A stretch of DNA of 64,000 bases, from the NCBI GenBank assembly GCA_965263035.1, contig OZ253580.1, positions 3,744,001-3,808,000 of the forward strand. The letters run 5' to 3'. The DNA is from Acidobacteriota bacterium. GTDB taxonomy: Bacteria; Acidobacteriota; UBA6911; RPQK01; JAJDTT01. Position numbers and translations under genes: made by a program. Positions 44,270 through 53,581 of the stretch are shown here, in pieces. Within the stretch, counting starts at the first letter, position 1. The number at the start of each line of letters is the position of its first letter. The notes under the pieces are model-generated. The model saw nothing but the letters and a program-made list of their open reading frames with translations, ran no database searches and was not told the DNA's origin.

Positions 44270-44943
44270 CAGACCCCTCTTGCCTCGGCGCCCCATAAGA
44301 TCTTGTGCAGTTGCGTCTGGATACGGACGGGAAGACCGTCCTCCAGAATCCAGCGGGCCAGCTGCCCGGCCTCCATGCGATTCCATTCCGGGGAAAACAG
44401 GACCAGGTGCCTCCGGCTCAGCTCCAGCTCGAGGGTCTTCCGTCTGGCCCACTGGTAGTCCCGCCGCGATGAAATCACGAACTTGATTTCATCCTGCGGC
44501 CGCAGGTGATCCAGGTTCTCCCAACGGTTTCGTCCCTCCATGAGGCTGTCCGGACATTTGATGTCGTAGATCAAGACCGCTCTGGGATCCACCGGACGGA
44601 TGTCCAGACTGCCCCCGGTCTCGATCAGGACCCTCTGGCCCGCGTCCAGAAGCCTCTTGACGAGGGTGTGCGCCAGAGAGTGGAGCAGGGGCTCCCCTCC
44701 CGTGATCTCCACCAGGTCGGTAGGGTACTGCTCCAATTTGACGGTGATCTCCGACAGGGACATCCGGGTGCCTCCCTCGAAGGCGTATTCGGTATCGCAA
44801 TAGCTGCACCTGAGATTGCAGCCGGTCAGCCGCACGAACGCGCAGGGCTGCCCGCTGTAGCTGGATTCTCCCTGGATGCTGAAGAAGATCTCGGTGACGG
44901 GGAGAGTCCCGGTCTTTCGGTCGGTTGCGGTGGCGCTCTTCAT
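44269..44943 (-). CDS. queE: 7-carboxy-7-deazaguanine synthase (radical SAM)
   Basis: EIFFSIQGE, FVRLTGCNLRCSYCDT, TGGEPL, QLHKILW. Confidence 0.92.
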   Translation of the reverse strand: MKSATATDRKTGTLPVTEIFFSIQGESSYSGQPCAFVRLTGCNLRCSYCDTEYAFEGGTRMSLSEITVKLEQYPTDLVEITGGEPLLHSLAHTLVKRLLDAGQRVLIETGGSLDIRPVDPRAVLIYDIKCPDSLMEGRNRWENLDHLRPQDEIKFVISSRRDYQWARRKTLELELSRRHLVLFSPEWNRMEAGQLARWILEDGLPVRIQTQLHKILWGAEARGV

Positions 44944-45094
44944 AGGCGGCTGAAGTAGTATACCCGGGAAGATGAGGACAGGAGACAAGGAGAAGAGAGT
45001 GGGAGGCGGCGGGATGGGCGGGCGGGCTCATGCCGTGACGGATTTCACCTGTGGCTGCTAGAATCGGAAAGAACAAGATCAAGGAGACACCCAG

Positions 45095-46849
45095 ATGAGT
45101 TGGACTGGCCGGGTGGCCGTCGGCGTGGTTGCGGTCGCGGCGTTTTCGTTTGCATATCCCCGGGTCGGCAGGGAAATTCGGGACGAGTACGTTCAGCGCT
45201 TCGAAAACAAGGCGGTCTTTCTGAAGATTCCGGTCCGGGGACTACAGCAGGTGGTCCACGTCTTGGATTCCGGCGCGAAGCTGGACCGGGGGAACCTGAA
45301 CCAACCGGTGAGCTTCAAGGTCGGGGACCAGGTCCGGATCATCGACGTGAATTTCAGGGACGATAGGGTCCGGTTCCGGTTCTCTTCGGTGGACACGACC
45401 CGTGAAGGTTCGTTGGAATTCCGGTTTCCCGCCCCGACACAACAAGCGTTTCCGCAGAGAGAGAACTTCGAAAAAAGCTTGGCGAGCAGCTTGACCGAAG
45501 GACTTTCCTACAAGGAGTTGGAATCCGCCAAGGGAGAGTTCATCCGGGGGCAGGTCAAGACTCTGGTCCGCGAATTCGCCGCGACCACCAACACTCCGGA
45601 TGACGTGGTGCTGCGGACCATCGTGGAGGACAGCCCTCAATACCAGGCTCTGGAGCGGGAGTCTTCACAGATCCAGCAGAAGAACCAGGTCCTCGATCGG
45701 GACGTGTCCCGGTTGGGACGGGCCAGTCGAGAGCAACGCGCGCGGATCGCGGACATGACCGTCGAACTCGACCGTCTCAGAACCCAGGTCCGGGAGCTGG
45801 AGCGGGACGAGAACCTGGCGGCCAGGACCCGCCAATCTCTGGAAGGGCAGTTGAAGGACGCCCAGGTCAAGATGAACGAGCTCTTGGGCAGCCTCAATCT
45901 CAAGGCGGCCTCGAACTCCGAGCTGGACAACCGGATGCAGTCGTTGAGCGCGGGCATCGAGTCGGCGCGCCGGGAGCGCGAAAAGCTCTCGGAGGAGTTG
46001 GCGCAGGCCCGCGCCGACTTGAACGAGCGGGAACAGGCCAATTCGAAGCTTACCGCCGATCTGATGAAGGTCCGGGACCGGAACCAGCGGCTCTCCTCGG
46101 AACTCCGGAGTCTGACCTCCAACAAGGACAGCATTCAATCCCAGTTTCTCCAGGCCAAACGGCAGAGCGACGCCTTGGAGATGGCCTCTCGCCTGAGCGC
46201 CGGCCTGCGTCTGGAAAGGTCGTTTCAGGAGCGGGAGGGACGGCCTTTGGAAATTGCCGACCTCTATTTGCTTTCCAAGCGGATCGGCCGGCTTGAGATC
46301 GAGACGCCGGAACATCCGGGACAGATCTGCAGGATAAAGTTTCTGATGGAGTCTCCGGACCGGGTGGAGTTCCAGGAAGAAGAGCGGGTCCTATTTGATT
46401 CCCTCGGAGAAACTTTCAAGATAGAGCCCTCCTGGTCCTTTACGGGTGACCGGCTGAGGGCGGTTCTCATGGAGGGAGAGCCGGCCAGGGAGGCCAAGCC
46501 CCGCGAGGCGGTGGAGTGGACCTGGATCCTGGAAGGTGAAATCTCGGAACCGGAGCGGGCTCAGTTGCGGGTTCTATTCGTCAACTCGGACGATCAGAAA
46601 ATCTCTCTGGATCCCCATGAGTTCTACTTGACGCCACCGGGGCTGATGTTCTACCTGATCCGGAGTTTTTCTCCCGTCTCCCTGGGGACGGGCGTCTTCC
46701 TGGGTCTGATTTTCGCCGGGGTTGCCGGGCTCTTCCGGAGACGTTCTCCTTCCAAGCCGTCCAGGCGTTCCAAACCTTCCAAACGCAGGCCGACTCAGCC
46801 GGCTCCGGAAAAGCCCGATCGCGAATACGTGATCAAGAAAAGGCTTTAG
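45095..46849 (+). CDS. Hypothetical coiled-coil envelope protein with N- and C-terminal hydrophobic segments
   Basis: AAGGAG Shine-Dalgarno and TGcTAGAAT promoter; about 190-aa heptad region; C-terminal TM followed by a basic tail. Confidence 0.7.
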   Translation: MSWTGRVAVGVVAVAAFSFAYPRVGREIRDEYVQRFENKAVFLKIPVRGLQQVVHVLDSGAKLDRGNLNQPVSFKVGDQVRIIDVNFRDDRVRFRFSSVDTTREGSLEFRFPAPTQQAFPQRENFEKSLASSLTEGLSYKELESAKGEFIRGQVKTLVREFAATTNTPDDVVLRTIVEDSPQYQALERESSQIQQKNQVLDRDVSRLGRASREQRARIADMTVELDRLRTQVRELERDENLAARTRQSLEGQLKDAQVKMNELLGSLNLKAASNSELDNRMQSLSAGIESARREREKLSEELAQARADLNEREQANSKLTADLMKVRDRNQRLSSELRSLTSNKDSIQSQFLQAKRQSDALEMASRLSAGLRLERSFQEREGRPLEIADLYLLSKRIGRLEIETPEHPGQICRIKFLMESPDRVEFQEEERVLFDSLGETFKIEPSWSFTGDRLRAVLMEGEPAREAKPREAVEWTWILEGEISEPERAQLRVLFVNSDDQKISLDPHEFYLTPPGLMFYLIRSFSPVSLGTGVFLGLIFAGVAGLFRRRSPSKPSRRSKPSKRRPTQPAPEKPDREYVIKKRL

Positions 46850-46860
46850 CGCGACGCTCT

Positions 46861-47508
46861 ATGGTCAACCGCAAGGAAGCCCGCCGCGTCTTTGAGATCA
46901 TCCGCCTCCTGGAGCAGGAGTACGGAGAGGCCGAGTGCGCTCTCCATCGCGAGGACGCCTACCAACTCCTTGTGGCCACCATTCTTTCCGCCCAGTGCAC
47001 CGATGCCCGCGTGAACATGGTGACTCCGGCCCTCTTTCGCCGATTTCCCGATCCCCATGCTCTGGCCCAAGCGGAGCTGGACGAACTCCAGGAACTCATA
47101 CGCAGCACGGGATTCTTCAGGAACAAGGCTCGGAGCCTTCAGGGATCCGCCAGAAGGCTGGTGGACGAGTTCGACGGAGAAGTTCCATCGAACATGCCGG
47201 ACCTTCTGAAGCTGCCCGGAGTGGCCCGGAAAACGGCCAACGTGGTTCTGGGCACCGCTTACGGCATCGCCTCCGGAGTGGTGGTGGATACGCACGTAGG
47301 CCGTCTCTCCAGACGATTGGGGCTGACCCACGAAAAGACGCCGGAGAAGGTGGAAAAGGATCTCATGGGCATGATTCCCCGCGAAGAGTGGATCAATTTC
47401 GCACACCGCCTGATCCACCACGGGAGGCGGGTCTGCCAGTCCCGGAGTCCCCGCTGCGGAGAATGCGCCTTCGCCGACCTCTGCCCAAAAGTGGGAGTGC
47501 TGAGTTAG
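46861..47508 (+). CDS. nth: Endonuclease III
   Basis: LSAQCTD, LPGVARKTANVV, VDTHV, C-x6-C-x2-C-x5-C. Confidence 0.96.
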   Translation: MVNRKEARRVFEIIRLLEQEYGEAECALHREDAYQLLVATILSAQCTDARVNMVTPALFRRFPDPHALAQAELDELQELIRSTGFFRNKARSLQGSARRLVDEFDGEVPSNMPDLLKLPGVARKTANVVLGTAYGIASGVVVDTHVGRLSRRLGLTHEKTPEKVEKDLMGMIPREEWINFAHRLIHHGRRVCQSRSPRCGECAFADLCPKVGVLS

Positions 47509-47557
47509 AACTTCCAAGAAACAGTGCCGTCTTCTCTCACCCCTCGCTCCTCTTTCC

Positions 47558-48367
47558 TCACTTCTCTGTGGCCCGGAACGCCCGGAAATGCCCCAGTGGT
47601 CCGCTGCCGGCGCCCAGCCGCAGGGAATGGCGAATCGCTTCGGTGACGTACTCCTTGGCACGGCGAACCGATTCCTCCACTCCGCTTCCCCGAGCCAGAT
47701 GGGCGGCGACGGCGGAGGCGAAGGTGCAGCCGCTGCCGTGGGTGTCTCGGGAGGGAAGACGGGGTCCTTCCAGCCGGACCCGGCCGGTTGTGGTGAAGAG
47801 CAAGTCGGTCGAGCGCTCCGGGTCCCGGAAGTGCCCCCCCTTGATGACGACGGCTCGGGGGCCCATGTCCAGCATCGATAGAGCCGCTTGGGCGGCGTCA
47901 TCCTCAGAGCGGATCTCCCGTCCGGCCAGCTGTTCCGACTCGTGCAGGTTGGGAGTCAGGACCAGGGCGAGGGGAAAGAGGAGGGACTTCATCCGGGATA
48001 CGGCTTCTCCGCTGGCCAGCGTATGGCCGTATCCGCTCTGAATCACCGGGTCCACCACGACCCGCTCCAGCCGGTGACGCCGGATCCGGTCCGACACCGC
48101 CTCCACGGTCTCGGGTGTGGGAATCATCCCGGTCTTAACGGAATCGACTCCTGGGTCCCGGACGGCAGCATCGATCTGGCGGGCTACGTGCCCGGCGGGA
48201 AGTGGATACACTTCATGCACGCGACGGGTGTCCTGCACCGTAGTCGCCGTGATGGCGCTCATCCCATGCACTCCGAGTGCCGCGAAGGTCTTCAGATCGG
48301 CCTGGATTCCGGCGCAGCCGCCGCTGTCGGAGCCGGCGACGGTAAGTGCGCAGGGAATCGACCTCAC
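47558..48367 (-). CDS. thiD: Hydroxymethylpyrimidine/phosphomethylpyrimidine kinase
   Basis: LTVAGSDSGG.AGIQADLK, VVDPV, TPN..E, KGGH, THGSGC; GTGA overlap start. Confidence 0.95.
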   Translation of the reverse strand: MRSIPCALTVAGSDSGGCAGIQADLKTFAALGVHGMSAITATTVQDTRRVHEVYPLPAGHVARQIDAAVRDPGVDSVKTGMIPTPETVEAVSDRIRRHRLERVVVDPVIQSGYGHTLASGEAVSRMKSLLFPLALVLTPNLHESEQLAGREIRSEDDAAQAALSMLDMGPRAVVIKGGHFRDPERSTDLLFTTTGRVRLEGPRLPSRDTHGSGCTFASAVAAHLARGSGVEESVRRAKEYVTEAIRHSLRLGAGSGPLGHFRAFRATEK

Positions 48368-49575
48368 CGGCGGCGGGTCCCGCTTCGGCCGCTCCCGTCC
48401 CGCAGCCGCAGGAGCCGGCTTCGAGCCTCCGCCAACACGTCCATGGTCTTGCAGAAGGCGAAACGGATGAGTCGCTTTCCCTGCTGCTTGCCGGGCCGGT
48501 AGAAGCTGCTGCCGGGGACGGCCGCAACCCCGTAGTCCCGGACCAGCTCGGCTGCGAAGCCGACGTCGTCCTTGTCGGTCACCCGGGAGATGTCGGCCAT
48601 GATGTAGTAGGCTCCGGCCGGCTTCCAGATTCGGAACCCCAACTGGACCAACGTCTCCATGAGAAAGTCCCGGCGCTCGAGATAGTCCCGCGCCAGCTGC
48701 CGGTAGTAGTCGGATTCCATGCCCAGAGCCGTGACTCCAGCCTCCTGCAGCGGCGCTGGGGATCCCACTGTCAGGAAGTCGTGCATCTTCCGGATGGCTC
48801 CGGCGAGGTGGCCCGGCGCGATGGTGTACCCGACTCGCCATCCGGTCACGCTGAAGGTCTTGGAGAGAGCGCTGATGGTGACGGTCCTCTCTTGCATGCC
48901 CGGAAGCAGGGCGACAGGGTGGTGGACGTGCCCATCATACAAGATGTGCTCGTAGATCTCGTCAGTGAAAACGTAGAAGTCGTACCGGACCGCCAGCTCG
49001 GCGATCCGGTTCAGCTCGTCGCTGTTGAAGACCTTCCCCGACGGGTTGTTGGGAGAGTTGAGGATGAGGGCCCGCAGCCGGCCGCGATCGCAGGCGTCGC
49101 GGATGGTCCCTTCCAGCACATCGAAATCCAAAGCCCAGTCGGATTCGGAATCCAGGGAAACATAGATGGGAGAAGCCCCGGCGATGATGGAATCGGGGCC
49201 ATAGTTCTCATAGAAGGGTTCGAACACCAGGACCTGTTCGCCGGGATTGACCAGGGCCAGCATGGTGGAAATCATGCACTCGGTGGAACCGCAGGCTACC
49301 GTCACCTCCACATCGGGGTCGACGTCCCAGTCGTAGACCCGGCGGTACTTCTCGGCCACGGCCCGGCGGAAGGACGGAGCCCCCCAGGTGACGGCGTATT
49401 GATTGATGTCCTCCTGGATCGCCCGGCAAGCGGCATCCTTGACCACCTGAGGTGCGGCGAAGTTCGGATAGCCCTGGGCCAGGTTGATGGCGCCGTGTTC
49501 GAACGCCAGACGAGTCATCTCCCGAATCACCGACTCGGTGAATCGGGACGCTTTCTCACCGATGTATTGTTTCAA
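48364..49575 (-). CDS. PLP-dependent class I/II aminotransferase
   Basis: INLAQGYP, NSPNNPSG, DEIY, SKTFSVTGWRVG. Confidence 0.93.
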   Translation of the reverse strand: MKQYIGEKASRFTESVIREMTRLAFEHGAINLAQGYPNFAAPQVVKDAACRAIQEDINQYAVTWGAPSFRRAVAEKYRRVYDWDVDPDVEVTVACGSTECMISTMLALVNPGEQVLVFEPFYENYGPDSIIAGASPIYVSLDSESDWALDFDVLEGTIRDACDRGRLRALILNSPNNPSGKVFNSDELNRIAELAVRYDFYVFTDEIYEHILYDGHVHHPVALLPGMQERTVTISALSKTFSVTGWRVGYTIAPGHLAGAIRKMHDFLTVGSPAPLQEAGVTALGMESDYYRQLARDYLERRDFLMETLVQLGFRIWKPAGAYYIMADISRVTDKDDVGFAAELVRDYGVAAVPGSSFYRPGKQQGKRLIRFAFCKTMDVLAEARSRLLRLRDGSGRSGTRRR

Positions 49576-49794
49576 ATCAACTGCCTCGGATCCGGTTCAA
49601 ACGGTCCCGAAAAGCGACGCGCTCCGGGAACCTGCCGGAAAGAGTACGCTTGCGATGGTCCGTCCCGCAAGAGCCGGTGGGAAGCGGGTTCGCGGACGGG
49701 AACCCGCGCCGCCGAAACTTGACTAATCCTCTCCCGGTTGGCTATGTCATGGGCCGGAAACACAGTCGAGGGGATCGGTCTAGGGAGAGATGTC

Positions 49795-50931
49795 ATGATG
49801 AGCCTGACGATTCTGGGGGGAGGGAACACCGCTTTTGCCGCCGCCGCCAACTTGAGCCTGCGCGGCTTCCAGGTGACGATCTGCGAGCATCCCGACTTTG
49901 CCCACACCCTCGACCCGGTCCGAGCGGAGGGTGGGATCCTGCTGGACGGTGTGTCGGCTCGCGGCCGAGCCCCCATACACGCTCTGACCACCGATTTCCA
50001 GGAGGGTCTGCGAAACGACCTGCTCCTGCTCATCGTTCCCGCGTATGCCCACCGTCCCTTCGCCCTGGCCTGCTCCCCCTACCTGAGAGAGGGCCATACC
50101 CTGGTTCTGCTTCCGGGAACACTGGGGACGCTGGAGTTCCATACCCTGTTGCGGGAGGGAGGCAGGGATCTGTCCCGGATCACGCTGGCCGAGACCGACA
50201 CGGCTCCCTACGTCTGCCGGAAGTTGACACCCGACTCGGCCCACATCTGGGGGGTCGTCTCCTCGTTGGGTCTCGGGGTCCTGCCGGCGTCGGAGACGGT
50301 TCGGACCAGGGACCTGTTGCGGTCCATCTTCACCGTTGACGGTCTGGGTGATCCGAACGGAGAAGATAACTCCGCCGTCTCCTGCTACGGCAACGTCCTG
50401 GAGTGCGGCCTCAGCGCCATGAACCCCGTAGTCCACCCTCCCGGTGTTCTCATGAACGCCGGCCGGGTGGAGTATTCCAGAGGAGATTTCTACTTCTACG
50501 AAGAGGGAGTCACGCCGGGGGTGTGCAATGCCATTTACGGCGTCGACCGGGAGCGCCGTCAGGTGGGCCGGGCACTCGGATTCGAGCTGTCGGTCGTGGA
50601 GGAGGCCTTTTTCTCCGCCGGGTTCGGTCCCAAGGGCGATCTCTGGAGCACTATCAACGGCAGCCGCATGCTGACCCAGCTGAGGGCGCCGGGCGAGCTG
50701 GGCAGCCGCTGGTTGACCGAAGACGTGCCCTATGGACTGGGAGCGTGGGGCTCGCTGGGCCGCCACTTGGGTGTAGCGACCCCGCTCATGGATGGTCTGG
50801 TGGCGCTCGCATCCGCGGCGCTGGGAGAGGACTTCAGGGCCTCCAGCCGGACCGTCGAGCGGCTGGGAATTGCCGAAATGGGACGGGACCCCTTGCTTCG
50901 CTTCGTGGAAACCGGGGAGATGCCGGCATGA
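49795..50931 (+). CDS. NAD/NADP octopine/nopaline (opine) dehydrogenase family protein
   Basis: ILGGGN, ET.T.PY..R, NPVVHP, FYEEGVT, R..TEDVPYGL. Confidence 0.85.
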   Translation: MMSLTILGGGNTAFAAAANLSLRGFQVTICEHPDFAHTLDPVRAEGGILLDGVSARGRAPIHALTTDFQEGLRNDLLLLIVPAYAHRPFALACSPYLREGHTLVLLPGTLGTLEFHTLLREGGRDLSRITLAETDTAPYVCRKLTPDSAHIWGVVSSLGLGVLPASETVRTRDLLRSIFTVDGLGDPNGEDNSAVSCYGNVLECGLSAMNPVVHPPGVLMNAGRVEYSRGDFYFYEEGVTPGVCNAIYGVDRERRQVGRALGFELSVVEEAFFSAGFGPKGDLWSTINGSRMLTQLRAPGELGSRWLTEDVPYGLGAWGSLGRHLGVATPLMDGLVALASAALGEDFRASSRTVERLGIAEMGRDPLLRFVETGEMPA

Positions 50932-51974
50932 GAGCGTGCCGGATCGCCGAGGCCAGCATCGGCGGGATCGAGAGCCTGGTCCTGGAGAACGAGCACCTGG
51001 AGGTATCCGTCCTGGTGGGGAAGGGGACGGACATCTTCTCCTTCCGCCACCGGGCCAGCGGCACGGACTTTCTCTGGAAGGCCCCTTGGGGAGTGAGAGA
51101 TCCCGCCACCACCATCCAGGACACCGCCAATTCGGCTGCTTCCTTCCTCGATTACTATTTCGGGGGCTGGCAGGAGCTTTTTCCCAACGCGGGAGCCGGC
51201 TGCACCTATCGGGGAGCCGAGTTGGGGGTTCACGGTGAAGCCTGCAAGGTGCCCTGGTCCTGGCAGATCAAGGAAGAGACCTCCCGCAGGATTTCGGTCC
51301 GCTTCCGGGCCCGCATGGTGCGGACGCCGTTCCTGCTGGAAAAGCAGCTGACTCTGGAAGCCGGCCGGGCCACGCTCCTGATCGAGGAGTCGGTCACCAA
51401 CGAGGGTGCGGACGCGGTCGATTTCATCTGGGGCCACCATCCGGCCCTGGGGGCGCCGTTCCTGAGCGGCAACTGCCGCCTGTATGCCCCGGCCCGGGTC
51501 GTGGAGACGGATGACTCCAACCTTTTCCTGGCTCCCCAACGGCGTTTCGAGTCCTATCCCATGATCGAGACGGCGGATGGGGACCCCTTCGACATCTCCC
51601 GGATTCCGCCCCCGTCGGCGCGGGTCACCATGCAAAGCTTTCTGCGGGAGTTGGCGGAGGGTTGGTACGCCCTGGTCAATCAGGAGACCGGACTCGGGTT
51701 CGCCATGTCCTGGGACCTGGAGGTATTTCCCTATCTCTGGCTCTGGGAGGAACTGTGCGGATCCGCGGACTATCCGTGGTGGGGGCGATGTTACGTGGCC
51801 GGAATCGAGCCCAACAGCACGCCGACGGGCGGGGGTCTGGCCCAGGCCGTGGAGAACGGGACCCAACACCGGTTGCCGCCGGGGAAGTCTCTCCACTCAG
51901 TTCTACGCGCGACGGCATTCGTGACCCAGGGAGAACCGCGGCGCGTCGACCCCGAAGGCCGGATCGAGTATTGA
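50928..51974 (+). CDS. Aldose 1-epimerase/DUF4432-family protein
   Basis: GGWQELFP, HGE....W, WGHHP, GIEP; ATGA overlap. Confidence 0.8.
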   Translation: MRACRIAEASIGGIESLVLENEHLEVSVLVGKGTDIFSFRHRASGTDFLWKAPWGVRDPATTIQDTANSAASFLDYYFGGWQELFPNAGAGCTYRGAELGVHGEACKVPWSWQIKEETSRRISVRFRARMVRTPFLLEKQLTLEAGRATLLIEESVTNEGADAVDFIWGHHPALGAPFLSGNCRLYAPARVVETDDSNLFLAPQRRFESYPMIETADGDPFDISRIPPPSARVTMQSFLRELAEGWYALVNQETGLGFAMSWDLEVFPYLWLWEELCGSADYPWWGRCYVAGIEPNSTPTGGGLAQAVENGTQHRLPPGKSLHSVLRATAFVTQGEPRRVDPEGRIEY

Positions 51975-52038
51975 TCCGGAGGTCGCCGCCATACATCACC
52001 TGCACGCCCGGCTTCGAGGCGCATTTAGGGAGGATCTA

Positions 52039-53565
52039 ATGCAGAAAAGAATCTGGCTTTCCATGCTGGCGGGCATGTTCTTGTTTCTGACCTGCTCGAC
52101 CGAGGTTTCAGGCAGCGAAATTCGACACCTCGGCGGCCGGCTGCAACTGTTTCTGGATGACTGGCTCGTCGACTCCAGCGACAACATCCGCTGGGTACTC
52201 CACAGTCCTGAGCGCCGCGAGGCGGCGATTCGCGTCGACCGTCCCTGGGAAGACATTTACATGTACAACCCGGTGGTCATCAAGGACGGTCAGCGCTACC
52301 GCATGTGGTATCGGGCCAAATACTTGGAGAGGCCCTTCCTGACGGCTTACGCTGAGAGCCTGGACGGCATCCACTGGGTCAAGCCCAGTCTGGGCCTTAT
52401 CGAATTCGAGGGCTCCCGGGACAACAACATCATCTGGCCCATTCCCGGGGCGGACGGGAGGTCGTTCTCCGTCTTCAAGGACGAGAATCCCGATGCGCGG
52501 GCCGACGCGCGCTACAAGGCCATTACCAATCTGAACGAGATCACCGCGTCGGGGAAGCGGCGGGCGGTGATCTACGGACTCGCTTCTCCCGACGGCTTGC
52601 GCTGGCGGCATCTCCGAAAGGAGGCGATGGTAAAGGCCCTGGTGGAGGACCCCCAGTTCGATTCCCACAACATCGTCCTCTGGGACTCGGTCCGCCGGCA
52701 CTACGCCATCTATGCCCGGGGCTGGTACCGGAAAGGTTTGCCTCCTCCGGGTTCGGAGCGGGTGGGCCGCACCGTGGACACCGTGACCATGAAACTCCCC
52801 GGGGGAGAGACCCGGGAGCTGACCCACATCCGGGACATCCGCCGCTACGTCTCCAAAGACTATGCGAATTGGGCCCCGCAGGAGTACATCGGATTGGGCG
52901 AATCGCCGTTGGAGCACCTCTACAAGAACTCGGCGACTTCTTACTATCGGGACCCGGGCCTTATTTTCATGTTCCCGAAGCGGTTCCTTCCCACCCGAAA
53001 GGCCGATCCGGAGTGGGGGCACGTCGGTCTTTCCGACATCGTCTTCATGTTCAGCCGGGATGGTCTCAACTTCGACCGCCGTTACCTGGAAGCCTTCCTC
53101 CGGCCGGGCCGGAACCCGTTGGCCTGGCACGAACGTTCGATCCACGTGGGCACCGGCCTGGTCCCCACCGGAGAACGGGAGATGTCACTCTACTTCATCG
53201 AGCATGGCAAGACCGCTCAGATGGCCATTCGGCGGGGAGTGTTGAGGGTCGACGGCCTGGTCTCGTTGCGGGCGCCCTACTCGGAGGGAACGGTCCTGAC
53301 CCGTCCCCTGACCTTCTCCGGTTCCCGCCTGGTGCTCAACTACTCCACCTCGGCCGCCGGACGAGTCCGGGTGGAGGTCCAGGACGAATCGGGGGAGCCC
53401 TTGCCCGGATTCGGGTTGGAGGACTGTCCCGAGATCTACGGGGATGAGATCGAGCGGGTCGTCTCCTGGCGGACGGGCTCCGACCTGACCTCCTGGGCGG
53501 GGCGGACCGTGCGTCTCAAGATCGAGATGAAGGACGCCGACCTCTACTCCCTCCGGTTCCGGTAG
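52039..53565 (+). CDS. Secreted five-bladed beta-propeller glycoside hydrolase-like protein
   Basis: Signal peptide; LFLDD, S.DG..W Asp-box repeats, LRVDG, ADLYS.RF C-terminus. Confidence 0.7.
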   Translation: MQKRIWLSMLAGMFLFLTCSTEVSGSEIRHLGGRLQLFLDDWLVDSSDNIRWVLHSPERREAAIRVDRPWEDIYMYNPVVIKDGQRYRMWYRAKYLERPFLTAYAESLDGIHWVKPSLGLIEFEGSRDNNIIWPIPGADGRSFSVFKDENPDARADARYKAITNLNEITASGKRRAVIYGLASPDGLRWRHLRKEAMVKALVEDPQFDSHNIVLWDSVRRHYAIYARGWYRKGLPPPGSERVGRTVDTVTMKLPGGETRELTHIRDIRRYVSKDYANWAPQEYIGLGESPLEHLYKNSATSYYRDPGLIFMFPKRFLPTRKADPEWGHVGLSDIVFMFSRDGLNFDRRYLEAFLRPGRNPLAWHERSIHVGTGLVPTGEREMSLYFIEHGKTAQMAIRRGVLRVDGLVSLRAPYSEGTVLTRPLTFSGSRLVLNYSTSAAGRVRVEVQDESGEPLPGFGLEDCPEIYGDEIERVVSWRTGSDLTSWAGRTVRLKIEMKDADLYSLRFR

Positions 53566-53581
53566 GCGCAAGGAGTCCTGA

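Noticed and set aside
49686-49709. Hairpin GCGGGTTC...GAACCCGC as a terminator
   Set aside because: It lies between divergent gene starts and has no U-tract; single occurrence.
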